64,000 nucleotides of DNA from the human T2T-CHM13v2.0 reference genome, Homo sapiens. Of the stretch, positions 42,482 through 59,468 are shown piece by piece (position 1 is the first letter of the stretch; each line of letters opens with the position of its first letter). The stretch is taken from assembly GCF_009914755.1 (NCBI RefSeq), contig NC_060936.1; one strand, written 5' to 3'. Below the pieces are notes generated by a model, which worked only from the letters and a program-made list of their open reading frames with translations, had not been told where the DNA came from and made no database searches. Position numbers and translations under genes: made by a program.

Positions 42482-43892
42482 CTGGAAAGGAAGAAATGCC
42501 ATCATCAACTTTCTGAGCAACAAAAGAAATGATATTCTCCAAAGTTATGTTTTTGTTTTTTGAGACAGAGTCTTGCTCTGTCACCCAGGCTGGAGTGCAG
42601 TGGTGTGATCTGGGCTCACTGCAAACTCTGCCTCACAGGTTCAAGCAGTTCTCCTGCTTCAGCCTTCTGAGTAACTGAAATTACAGGCATGCACCACCAT
42701 GCCCAGATAATTTTGTAGTTTTAGTAGAGATGGGGTTTCACCATTTTGGCCAGGCTGGTTTTGAACACCTGACCTCAAGTGATCCGCCCACCTCACCCTC
42801 CCAAAGTGCTGGGATTACAGGCATGAACCACTGTGCCAGGCCCTAAAGTTATGTTTGAAGTATTATTATCTCACCTTCATTTAATTCTTTGTCAATAACA
42901 AAAGAAGAAACATACTGAGCCTACCTATACCAGGCTACCCCTTAGCCACGAACAAGAATCTTTTTGCAAGCAAGGTTCTTGAATAGCTGATCACTGGAAA
43001 TTGAAATGAATCCAAGAAACTCTTGGAGGGGATAATAAAGATGTTTTCATTATGTAAATGCCCTCCTGAGGGTTGATTAAAGCACATGATATAGTTATGG
43101 CCTGGTCCATGTGTCATTCTAGGAAAAGGCAAATTCTCAGATAACATACCAGAGGGGTTAGCTTAGTTAGTGGCCTAGTAAATTCATTGAATAAATGATC
43201 TGAGGGTGGCTTTCACGTTGGGGCTTTAGTTACTTTTGATCCCCGTAATGTAAGAATTGTGTCCCAGTGTGATGTTTTTGGCTGTTTAGATTTGTATGTC
43301 TTCAAGTCTTCACAGCCCAAATGTGAATTACCCCCAAACTACTCAGCAGTGCTCCCTCTGTTTTTGCCTGAAAGGATTAAAATTTGTTCATCCATCTGGG
43401 CATCCAGATGATGATGACATACCCTGCCCAGTTCTTAGGGCAGCCTGGGCTGCTGGAGCTAGACAGTGACTCAGAGAGGCAGTCAGTGGGGCTCAGGTGA
43501 TAGGTTCAGACAACTGCTACTAAAAGCTGACCCCAAACTCAGACATATTTACAATCCTGTATTGTCCCCGAGGCAAAATTCGGTAAGCCTGCTGCTCTTC
43601 ACCTTCACACAGAAGCTTCAAGCTGCCCTTTCTTTCCAGGGACACGCACTTGCATCAGAATGCTATATTGTTGATGGCGATGAAGACTGGGAGGGTTTGG
43701 GTGAAAGCTGTCTTGCGCCACCTGGTCTGGCTTAAATCTGGGTGGCTCAAGCTCCACATGCCTTTAGGGATGCTCCTGCTCTGTCTCTCCTCTCTCAGGT
43801 CAGTAAAGCCATTAGAAATGAAGCCTGAGGCTGTCCTAAGGAAGGAATGCTTGCTAAGTCCCTCCTGGGTGAATATAGGCGAGTACATTTAC

Positions 43893-43960
43893 CTGCGGCT
43901 GAATGGGAGTACCATATGAAGTTAATGCTACATCCTCCTCAGCTCCATCACTGTCTCGGG
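43893..43960 (-). CDS. GPRC5D: GPRC5D coding exon 3 (68 nt; [23 protein letters not shown])
   Basis: Minus-strand acceptor tttggctttcag|CC and donor CAG|gtaaat. In frame with exon 2. Confidence 0.95.
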
Positions 43961-44071
43961 CTGAAAGCCAAAGGAGGGAAGGGCTGGGTTAGTGTCCGAG
44001 AGTCAATCGGAAACAGCACATGAGGACTACAGGAAAACTCCATGGCTTGCAAACAGGCTCTTCACTCTTTA

Positions 44072-44383
<312 letters not shown>

Positions 44384-46377
44384 TTATCAATCAGTTGTAG
44401 CTGTTATTGAAAAACTTTATGATTTAAAGGAGTGTATTTAAAGTTGATGTAGAAAGCGTGGGTAGCGTGTGAGTGTTTAGGAGAAGCGCATTGGCGTTGG
44501 GAGACCACTAGCTCCAAGTCAGTTCTTGCTCTCTCAGTATTACCGTGTGGCCTTGGGCATCTCACTCTTTTCAACAGTCCCTTTAGGCTTGATTCTCTAC
44601 AAGCTTGAATTCAATTTTTCAAAAATTTAAAAATTTTGCCCAGGTTGATCTTAAACCCCTGGCCTCAAACCTCCCACCTTGGCCTCCCAAAGTGCTGGGA
44701 TTATAGGTCTGAGCCACCATGTCTCGCCTGAATTCAATTTTTAAAATTGGGCATAATAAAAGAGATCACTTGAGACGATTCTATATTGTTGTAGGATCAT
44801 CACAGACATAGGTATTTGTTTAATGGCTGCCTCCTCAACCAGCCTGTAAGCTCTGTGAAGACAGGAGCTGTGCCTGTCTCTAAGAGCAGGTACTTGCTGG
44901 ATACCTAGTTGTTTTTTGATGATCACAGACATAACCGTGTTAGTAGGGTTCACACTTAGGGGTTTCATGTTGAGTGGATGGACCCTGGAAAAGGACTGCT
45001 TGGCTCTCTCATTTGTGTTACCTACCTAGGGCCAAGTTCCTTAACCTTTTGTTGCCTTTGTTTCCTGATGGAAATAAAAGAGGAATAATGACAGTCATAA
45101 CAGTAAGTCTATCTCATAGGATTGCTTTGAGGATTATGTAAAATGTTATATAAAGTCCTTGGAACAGAGCTATCCTTTGTGTATGATTATTGGTGGTGGT
45201 GCTGGTGCTGCAGTTATAATAGATGCTCTGACATCCTCTTCCTAGTGGCTTTTTACTTATTTTTTTTATTTTTTAAAGGGGCTGATGCTGTGATACATGA
45301 AATGCTTGTCTTTCCTTCATGGCAGAACAAACTGAATCCTTGGCTCAACTTCATTCCTTGTGTCATAACAAGGCTCCTTCACACTCAGTCTCTTGGGAAC
45401 CAACTTTCAGCCAACATTCTCATCAAACCAGATCATCAGTTAGAAAAGCCTAATTCTTCCAGCTCTAGCTATAGTTCATGAGTTTACCAAAAGGCTGAGC
45501 GTTTTTTTATACTAAACCTGCACCACTGTGTGATAGGAAGTCCGAGTTGAGTAAGACCTTCCATTTATCTGTGGAGAAGGCAGGGAGGGAGGTGATGAGC
45601 AGCATTTAAAGATGAGGAATCTGAGGCTCCTAGGGCTTGAGGACCTTGGTTTGGTCTCGAAGCAGAGTCTCGGAGCCTGGGCACATGCGGCCCGATTCTG
45701 CACTCTTTCCACTGCCCTTTGCTGCCCAATTATGCTCTCGCTCCCTGAATTTGTTTTTTTAAATTGAAATGTAATTTTTTTAGAGTGTGCAGTGGCGCAA
45801 TCATAGCTCACTGCAACCTTGAACTCCTGGACTCAAGTGATTCATCTCACGGCCTCTTGAGTAGCTAGGACCACAGGTGTGTGCCACTATGTCCAGCTAA
45901 GCTCTCTGAATCTTTGTGAATGACACCATCCTTGACTTATCTGTCCTCAGACCAAACAAATCCTGCCTATGACCCCACTGTCTTCTTCCTTGCTTTAAGC
46001 TAGTTCTCTCTCTGTGACCTGTAACTTGAGGGTGACAAAAAAGAACTTCCCATGAAAGAACAAACAAACATGACACCACCTGGGACCATTGAAGTTGGAT
46101 TTCCCCTGGTAAGGTGAGTGTGCCTTGAAGAAAAAAATGTTGAGAATTGTCAAAAAGGGCTATGTTCAGCAAAAGTTGGAGTTTGCTAGGGAAACAACCA
46201 GAAGGGCTTATGTTTGCAGGAATAGTGTTCTCTTGGTTCATCTCGTTTTATACTCGTTGATCCGTTTTTACATTATATAGACTCATTGATTATCTAATGC
46301 CTTCAAAAAGAATCATATGAGGTTTGTCTGTATGCATCCAAACACTGGATGGAAAAATGCCTACAGTACTGTGACAC

Positions 46378-46454
46378 CTTTCTTCCTTCCTTCCTTCCTT
46401 CCTTCCTTCCTTCCTTCCTTCCTTCCTTCCTTCCTTTCCTTCTTTCTTTCTTTC

Positions 46455-46533
<79 letters not shown>

Positions 46534-46598
46534 CTCTCTCCCTTTCTTTCCCTTTCTTCCTTTTCTTCCCTTTCTTTCCTTTTCTTTCCTTTTCTTTT

Positions 46599-46629
<31 letters not shown>

Positions 46630-46648
46630 TTCTCTCTTTCTTTCTTTC
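46378..46648. repeat. Compound (TTCC)13/(TTTC)n microsatellite (Alu tail)
   Basis: Read directly. A similar tract lies at 47872-48070. Confidence 0.95.
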
Positions 46649-46755
46649 GAGTCTCGTTCTCGTTGCCCAGGCTGGAGTGCAATGCATGATCTCAACTCAC
46701 TGCAATCACCACCTCCCGGGTTCAAGTGATTCTCCTGCCTCAGCCTCACAAGTAG

Positions 46756-46956
<201 letters not shown>

Positions 46957-47811
46957 TAGCAAATATGATATAACAATATTCCTGTTAGTCTCAAACAGAT
47001 AAGGCAGGCAATAGTTAGAAGTTTTCCACTCATAAAACAATTCATAGCTGATATTCTACTCTAAGATTTCTGCTCTTTATATCACATTTAAGATTCTCAA
47101 TTAAAAGACCTACTGATTTTATTCTATTTATTTATTTTGAAGGTTAGTTATCATTTATTCAGGAAGAGAAATATTCCAAAATTTACCAACTCCAAATTAA
47201 ATATAAAACAAGTATTATATCATCAACTAATTAATGAATATGTTAAAAAATAACATAATCCCAGGATCATGTAAATGGAAAGTAGTTAAACATCAAAATA
47301 ATTTCAGAATTACATCTCTATTTTATTTTGCATTTTAATTGCTTCATTTCATGTACACAAATTCTTTACCCTAATCTTTTTGTTGAAGTTTCCTGTACCT
47401 AACAATATGCTGAGCATGTTAAATTTCAATCAAATGCTGTGAGAGGATGTATCTATATTTTTGGCTCAAGATTTTGATTGAGGCCAACTGATTTTTAAAA
47501 GTCCAATCAATATACAGCTTTTCAGGGACACACTTATAACACAGAGCAAATAATATTTATACCCATTTGTTTGGTGTCCTACAGTAATACACCTGATTGC
47601 ATTTTCATTCTCCATCCAGATGTTTTTGTATCTTAAAATTAAGTCCATAATCCACTTCGGAGGAATAAAGCCTAATCTTCTTTAGATAGACTTCCAGGGA
47701 AATGAAATTCTTAATCCCCTTTGCTGATCTGTTTCTGTCTACCAACTCTTATTTTCATTTTTAATCTAAATCTCTCATGCCTTTGCGTCCATTTCCACCC
47801 ACTATCTTTAG

Positions 47812-48273
<462 letters not shown>

Positions 48274-51088
48274 TAACTCCTGACCTCAGGTGATCTGCCT
48301 GCCTTGGCCTCTCAAAGTGGTGGGATTGCAGGTGTGAGCCACTGCGCCCGGCCATACTTGTGAAATTTCCAGCTAGGGATCCCTTGTCCTACTCTCCTTT
48401 TAGCTGAATAATTCTGGTCTCATAACCCAGTGGTAAATTAAATAATTATGTGACTGGAATCACAGCTACAAACAGCATTAGTCAGAAGGGTCACATCACA
48501 AATGCATGCCTCATGGACTGAAACAACATGTGTTTTGGGACAGAATTTCGAGAGAGAACTTGGATAGTCTGGTAAAGCACATAAAACTTAAGAATGACCA
48601 TCTCATTCTCACTGTCTTCACCTTTCCACACAGGTCTGATGTTATACCCTTTAATCATCTTTGTTGGGTTCTGCCAAGCCTCCCCAAACTTCCCACACTT
48701 CTCATTAGTGGATCAGTGGGTATCCTTGCTAGAGACTGACCGATTGTGGGTACAATGGCACGGTTGTTCTTGCTGACCACACATCTGTTTATACAGTACC
48801 ATGATTGTTTCTTGAGCAAACAAAAGCAAAGACAGTGGTAAGTTGTTTCCCTACTATCAGCTCATGACCTACCATAACACTTAGGACGTTTCAAGTTATT
48901 GTTATTATACTTCTCTAGCTCTTAACCTATTTCGTATCTATTTGTATGTTTTTCCTAGCTAGGTGGAATCCTGCACTTTTAATTGAGTTTTAATCAGTCC
49001 TCTAAATTTTGATATTTGTACTTCTTCCAGATGACCTAAATTCTGATTTTACTTTCTGAGCTTAAGCTTCTGGTTATTTTGCCCAATCTTGGAGGGCAAT
49101 TCCTTCCCTTCCTTCCTTCCTTTCTTCCTTCCTTCCTTCCTCCCTCCCTCCCTCCCTCCCTTCTTTCTTTTATTTTAAATTGAGACAGGGTCTCGTTCTG
49201 TCACCCAGGCTGGAGTGCAGTGGTGTAACCGTGGCTCCCCGCAGCCTCAACCTCCCAGACTCAAGTGATCTTCCCACCTCAGCCTCCTGAGTAGCTGGGG
49301 CCACAGGCCTGTGCCACCATGCCCAGCTAATTTTTTGTAGAGACGGGGTTTCGCCATGTCGCCCAGGCTGGTCTTAAACTCCTGAGCTGAAGTGGTCCAG
49401 CCGCCTCGGCCTCCCAAAGTGCTTGGGATTACAGGTGTGAGCCACAGAGCCCAGCCAATCTGTATGTTCTTTACAACACTATTGATTTTTTTTCCACAAA
49501 ATTTCAAATTACATTGATGATGGCTATCACTGGCAGACTATTTCCTGCTCAGAGATGGGTTTTCTAACCTTGCTTGAGTCATAGGAGACTCCTGGCCAAA
49601 CCAGGGATCATCGTATTTTAGCAGGCCTTTGCTCTTCAACTGAGATACTCCTTCGAGCCCGTTCAATGCTTGCCTGCTACTTTGTGGGGTAAGGAATATT
49701 GATCATTACAAAGCTCAGTGTATTTTGGTTTATTGTGAAACTCTAAGAATTTTTTTTTTGCTCTGACTTTTGTTTCCTGGAAACACACAGCAGCAACGAA
49801 AACACAAAAAGTTTTATCTTCTAGTAAGAACTATGAGAAGTATTTTCAGGAAAGATTGACTCTGCAATTCTGCCACAAAACTCAGTGATGTGATTATGCC
49901 TCACCAACAAGCAATGGAAAACTTTTATGGGAAAAAGTGTGTAGTATCAATTTCCAACTTTTGGTCAACTGAACTGAAAAGAATCAATGGATGTATTTAT
50001 CTGAACAGGATTTAATTTGAATGCGCAACTAGCCACAGATTACAGCTCAAAAAAAGTGTATGTACTTAAAAGGAAGCTTATGTGAATTTTTTTGAGCCTG
50101 GTGAACATTATGTGTGCTTTACAATATATAAAATAACATCATCATTACATATTAGAAATAAAATGTGAGAAATCAGATGCCTATTAAGACACAAAAATTG
50201 ATGTAAAACTATGATATTGGGTTTTGGATAATAGCCCAGATGTTTCAGAAAAGGAATTAATGAGTTTTGACATATTTCCAGATAATTAAAATTAGCCACT
50301 ATTTCCCCCAGGTTGTTGGGGTCCAAGCATCCTTGTTGCCATGGATAATGTATTTTATTCCTTAACAAAGTGGAGTCAGGTGGCTTGAATCAAAATATGA
50401 CCCAGAAATTATTATGAAAATGTCACATAAGCAAGTTACTTTCTTTCTCCTAATGATCACACATCTGAGTCTTTACTCAGAATTAGGATATAATGGCTCT
50501 TCCTCTCGCTTTTTGTAAACCTTGAAGGATTTTAAATAGTAAATGTTTTGAAAAGTTGAAATCCAGAAGTGATTGGGCTTTATGGCTTTAATGAGGTGGT
50601 GAGTCCTGTGAATCAGTTTAAGATTACGTTTGGGCAAATTAGCTTTGAGACAAATTTTTAAAATGTCCATCACTGCTGCCAGGATCGGCTGTTGCACTTG
50701 AAGGCCAATACATCTGGACTTAACATTAGATGTCATGCAAAATCGCATGGTCCAGGCCTAATTTAGGGCCAGTTAACTCATTTTATAGTGGATGCCTTTC
50801 TTTAACCAGTGTGAACATTCAGAGTCATACCCTCTTTATTTAGGGCCTTTGATTCATGTATGTCTTGGTCTCTCCCCATAAAGCTCTATGCTTTGGAAGA
50901 ACTCATTTTTCATAAAAATTTAACCTTGATTCTGGGAGTCTGCATTTCTATGCTTGAACTATGAAGCCACCCACCCCAAATCTGACCATTTTCTTTTAGT
51001 TTCCTCTTGGCTCATCCTACTGCATGATTTTTCTCCTGCTTCTCCTGTAGGAGCACCTCCCTGCTCCCTGAATCCCCCAGGAATGTAC

Positions 51089-51983
51089 CTCTGGAGAGCT
51101 CCTGGTTCTCCACTTGGAAGCTGTGTTGGTAGGCTGTGACGGGGCAGGCATTGCCTTGTAAAGGGCACTCCTGTCTACACGATCTGTAGAGAATGCAGAG
51201 CTCAGGGACGATGTACAGCAGCAGGAAAACCCATGCGTTGGTGACCAGAGCAATGCAGACGACCGGGTCATCCCACTGGGGCTGTCGCTGGAACTGCGGG
51301 TTGCCTCTCAGGAGCATGGAGATCCACACCACCCAGATGATGATGGAGAAGAGCACAGTGATAAAGATGAGCCTTCCATGCTGCTTCCAGTTCTCACACG
51401 GGCCACAGAAGGTGGCTTTGGAGACGAAGAATGTGAGGGCCATCAGGAAGAGGACATAGACCAGGAGTACAACAAAGTCCACATTGAGCTGGCAGGGTGT
51501 CATATTCACAAACATCATACCTCTGGTCATGATGAGAGTCACATACTCAGTGGCAATAATGATTTGCAACAGACTGCAACCAATAGCAATGCACAGAATT
51601 GTCGTCCAGGAGAAGGAGACACAACCCCGAACCAGCTTCACTAGATTGGAGGCATGAGCTAAGAGGCATGAGAAACAGAGAGCAAAGAGAACCCCAAAGA
51701 GAAAGTAGCGTACGGGGGCAGTTTGTTGATTGAGCTCGATGATGAAGGCAAAAGCGAGTCCGAAGAGCCCCAGGACACTCAGGAGGAAGAGGAGCTGGGT
51801 GGGGAGGACATTCCACTGGCTGCAGTCTTGGATCTTTCGCATGAGGAAGAGAAATGCTAAGAGTAGCAGAATTGTGACCACGATGCCAAGTATGGCCAGG
51901 GACTCCAGAATGATGCCCCATGGCCCCTCGGCGTCACAGAGAAGAAAATAGTCTCCAGTGGACTCGATGCAGTCCTTGTACAT
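51089..51983 (-). CDS. GPRC5D: GPRC5D coding exon 2: start codon and all seven TM helices (codons 1-298 plus 1 nt)
   Basis: [31 protein letters not shown]... matches human GPRC5D. Acceptor cctttttctgcag|G, exon starts 52028. Kozak gtcaccATGt. Donor AGAG|gtacat after 51089 (phase 1). Confidence 0.98.
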
Positions 51984-52069
51984 GGTGACTTATGGGTGTG
52001 GACCTCACCAGAATGGTTTTCTGATGCCCTGCAGAAAAAGGATGAGACAAATTGACAACTCTGCATCTC

Positions 52070-52882
<813 letters not shown>

Positions 52883-53705
52883 TTACCAAAATTGTTCCTA
52901 GGACACTGTCAAGAGCCTGAGTTACATTTTGTTTGACTCCTGATACTTATCTAAATGCTAAGCTTCCCTGGGGGAAGAAATTCAGAGATATATGCAAACA
53001 TAGTCTAAGGGGATGGGAAATGCCATCACACATATTACCCCAAATTTATAGCAGTTTTATATAGGATGTCAGTAAAGGAAATGAGAAAGGCAACCTAAAC
53101 CCTTCAAAACTATCTTGGCTTCATCCTGCTGGGAAAAGCTGAACAGGCTTCACTTGATAATATGTCCATTTGTGTATGCTAATTTCCAAGGCTTTGAAAG
53201 CTAATACAAAATCTTTTTCATAAAAGGAGGTGTATGAGAATGTTTGCATGATTGATGGAATTCAGTTATATCAGACTCCAGAACAAGGACTGCCAACATT
53301 AATGGATCATTGGATCGTTCTAGACACTGATGCACTGCTTGAAGGAGACAGGCAGATAAATTACTGGGAATAAAATTTCCCAGTAATTTTAATGACTGTT
53401 CCTTCTTTCAGTTAATTCAAGTCAATCCAATGCAGCAGGTTGTAGTTAAACACCTATTGTGTGTTCATCAAAGAATTGTACAAAATGGTCCCTTTCTTTA
53501 AATACCTTTTTGAACAGTTTAGTACGAAAGTCCATGTCTTGACTGAGGTAGCCTAGGAAAAAGATCCCACATATTCATTTGAAAAAAAAAAATCAATTGC
53601 AATTGAATACCCCTTAGCTCTACTTCCCTTCAGTTATCCCCAGACCAGATGGCTGGAGTGACCCGGGTTTACAGCTGAGAACATGGCCCCCCAATTCCAA
53701 CTTAC

Positions 53706-53790
53706 CTTCTCCGTGTCCACTCTGGAAGCTTAGGCTGTAGTGCTGGCAAAGTTGTAACTGCCAATGAGTAAGAAAGAGCCAACCTCAGCT
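53706..53790 (-). other. GPRC5D: Candidate GPRC5D non-coding exon 1 (5' end approximate)
   Basis: Perfect minus-strand donor AAG|gtaagt at 53706/53705, 1.7 kb upstream of the coding-exon acceptor. No ATG in the exon and promoter-type motifs lie next to it. Confidence 0.65.
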
Positions 53791-53900
53791 TCTTTAATCT
53801 CTCCCCAAATGGGCGGAAGAACCGTAGGCTCTCACTGAGGTTCCTGCAGTATCTATAAAAAGAACCGGAAGGACAGAAAGACACACCTATTCCAGTTTCA
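53755..53900. promoter_or_regulatory. Putative GPRC5D promoter region
   Basis: GCCAATGAG 53760, GGGCGGAAG 53811, TATAAAAA 53854 (+) and CCGGAAG 53865 cluster in unique sequence. Confidence 0.55.
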
Positions 53901-54642
53901 CAGCAACTTTTCTACAGAGATTTCCTTGGTGAGAATAATTCTTTTTCATTCTACTGCTGACCAGAGGCACCTTGGCCTTAGGGAGCGGGTGTAAATCTGA
54001 AAGTGGGTATAAATCTAGGAAAGACGGCTTCCTCCCTGTGTATTGCAACACATTCAGGGAAGCTACACAAGGCCCTCAGGTGACTTACACCAGGATACCT
54101 CGTCCTTCTTCTGACCTATTGCCTAAAAAGCCATCTCTGGAGACTTTCTCACATCTTGATATTTTTTTTTTTTTTTTTTTGAGATAGAGTCTTGCTCCAT
54201 CACCCAAGCTGGAGTGCAATGGCACGATCTCGGTTCATTGCAACTTCTGGCCTCCCGGATTCAAGCAATTCTCCTGCCTCAGCCTCCCGAGTAGCTGGGA
54301 TTACAGGCGCATGCCACCACATTTTGTATTTTTAGTAGAGACGGGGTTTCACTATGTTGGCCAAGCTGGTCTCAGACTCCTGACCTCGTGATCTGCCCGC
54401 CTTGGCCTCCCAAAGTGCTGGGATTACAGGTATGAGCCACCTTGCCCGGCCCCCACATCTTGATTTTAATTCAAAAGAGCATCCATTCAACAAAGTACAG
54501 GTAATGAGGGTTTCACTGGGCCATAAGGAAGGGTGGTTTTGTCTACTACTGGCATTAAAATGGCCAGTGGCAGGCAAAACTGTGAATCAGTCTGTGAATT
54601 TATCCCAAGATAAAGAACTGACAATTAAAGGTCACCGGCTGA

Positions 54643-54993
<351 letters not shown>

Positions 54994-57032
54994 TGAACTC
55001 TTGACCTCAAGTAATCTGCCTGCCTCTGCCTCCCAAAGGGCTGGGATTACAGGTGTGAGCCACCACACCCAGCCCCTGAATATATGTATTTCGACAGAGG
55101 ACTGCTGAAGACCCCAAACCAGTGTCTGGTTTCAAGGTGCTTGTGATCTGGCTCTCCCTTTCTTACCCACCTGTACTTCCTTCACATCTCCAGGCTCTAT
55201 GGTTTAGCCTCCTTGGTTTTCCCACTGGCTCACAAAAAAAATAAGTTCCCAAGTGCTCACCTCTGTCCCTGTCCGAAACTGCCTTGTGCTTGATTCCCAT
55301 TTATCCTATTTTTGACCCAAATTCATTCCCTCCCTGTAGGATTTTCTTCACCTTATCTCCTCTATGACTCTTCCTGCCTTCCCTCATCATTCTAGACCTC
55401 GCTGATCACCTTCCACCAGGAACTATACAAGACTTGGGGTCTGTTCTGTTCAAAATTACAGAAACCCTATTTTCTGCCTATTAGTTAACTTATGAATACA
55501 TATTAAGTAATAATGAATTGAAATAAATGAATAATAAATGTCTCAATTTCTGTTATATGAATTAATCTCATCTCCTGATTGGATTTATAGCTGTCTAGGG
55601 GTCAGGTTCCACATTTTATGTCCCCATAGTACCTGCTTCTATGTGGAGAACCTCCTGGGTGATGGATAATTCAATTAATGGAATGATTCTAAAGATAAAA
55701 TTCCAGATCTTTCAGAAGGTCCTTTTTAGTGGTGTGGTTTTTCAACAGATGTGTGTTAATGGAAAACACCTGCAAATAAGTGAGAGACTTAACAAACCCT
55801 TGACAAAATCATTCTGAAGTGGTGTTCTATCTTTAGAGTTCCTTAACTTCAAAAAGCCATTTTCTCCTATGAGAGAAGAAGATTCTAGGGATGATAGAAT
55901 TTTCTTACATCCAATTACACCTTAAGCTCCCCTTTACCTGCTTTGGGTATAATAGCAGTCTTTCCGAAGCTGTGAAGGCTAATGTTTACGTTAAGGGTAA
56001 AGGGATTTTTCAGATGATGAAATGTGACATCCGTGAGCATCCACTCAAAGAGCATAGTGAGTGGTTAAACTGCTGTCAGCAGAACTGCAGGAGGATTTTC
56101 CATTGAATTCTTCCAGGAGTACTATTTTGTTGATCCTGCACCTCCCACCCCCTTCCTGCTGGTTAGTCATGGTTGTCATTCCTCCTCCTGGTGTGTTTTA
56201 GCTTCTGGTGTGCTTGTCTTCTAAGGAGATTCCTCTTGAGCTCCTGATGGCTTGAGACCAGTGGATTTATGGGTTAATGACCACAAAGCCCTTTAAGTAC
56301 CTTAGATAAAAGGACGTGTCCCAGGTATTAATTATTGTTATTTTAAAATCTAGCGTTATAGAATTAACCCATCTGCAGCTAGGCCTTAAGGATATGAGGG
56401 GCCTTTTTGCCTACACACATCCAAATTACTCACAGCTCATTTCTTTTGGCTTCTGTGCTACAATAACATCAGAACAAACAGCTCAGATATGGCTTTGATT
56501 AATCAAAATACACTGATTACAATGAGTCCAATAAAAATGGAAATAAAACAGTCAGGACACCAAACATCTTATGTCAAACACCTATTTATGTTGTTTCCTT
56601 CTCACAGAAACAGAGCTGGAGGGAATGTTAAAGGTTACCTAGCCTAACTCCTATTAATGATTAATAATAAGGAAGCCAATGTTACAACATGAGGAATTTA
56701 ATAATAAGGAAGCAGAGGCCCAGGGATGAAGGGATGTGCTTACCATATGGAATGTTGAAGATGACAGCCAAGGTTTGTTGTCTCCTGGCCATATTCTTGC
56801 TGTTGTACCAGGCAGCCTTTCCTGACTCTTCCCACCTTATAAGGACAGGCTTTTAGAGAGACGTGAGCCTTTAAGCATGATTTGACCGGCATACACACAC
56901 AAAAGAATATGAAAGCACATCACATATTCTTCATCCTGCAGCTATCATGACTGGCCGTGTGAGGACAGGCTGTGTGGGACGGAATGCATCAGTCAGGAGT
57001 GGCCCATTTGTTCTTTTGCTCACTGGCATCTC

Positions 57033-58573
<1,541 letters not shown>

Positions 58574-59315
58574 GGCATCTTATTCGGTTTTCTGGTATTT
58601 GATGCCTAGTTTGATCAATTTTGTATCAGGATGTGAACACTGTCCAGTTTAATTTTATGTTGATATAATGTGGAATTAGTTGTGAAGTGCCATAGCAATT
58701 GATCAGCAAATTGTCAAGACTCTCAGCTGAGTATCACTTAAGAATGTCAGGATATTTTTTGGAATGGAAGTTATTCTACTTTTTTTTTTTTCAGTTTGTA
58801 GCTATTATAACACTTTAATTGAACTAGTATACATTCTGTTATACAGAGCTGCTTTATTATTAGAAGAAAGCAGATGATATAAAAATATAGAGGTATATTC
58901 AAGTTCAGCTTGTTGACACCTGTACTATTACAGAATAATATGAGACAATTTTTTTAATGGAATTACAGTCTGGTACAGATTTTTTGATTCAATTAAATCA
59001 CAACACTGATGTTGCAAATTGCCAACACTTTTAGTCAGACTAGATATGACTGACAAGACAATTTTTATGAAGAATTTGTTGTGCATCTGGAAGTATAAAT
59101 CTGACAATACTGAGAAAAATGTTGACTCTAATAACATTTTTTGGGCTAGGCTAGGTGTGGTGGCTCACTCCTGTAATCCCAGCACTTTGGGAGGCTGAGG
59201 CTGGCAGATTGCTTGAGCCTAGGAGTTCAAGACCAGACTGGGCAACATGGCAAAACCCATCTCTACAAAAAATACGAATATTAGTCAGGCATGGTGGTGC
59301 ACACCTGTAGTCCTA

Positions 59316-59468
<153 letters not shown>

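Noticed and set aside
50473-50748. 91-aa intronic ORF and other ORFs in unique-looking GPRC5D intron-2 sequence
   Set aside because: No recognisable homology or splice context. A blastx or Dfam search would be needed to exclude an old pseudogene or TE.
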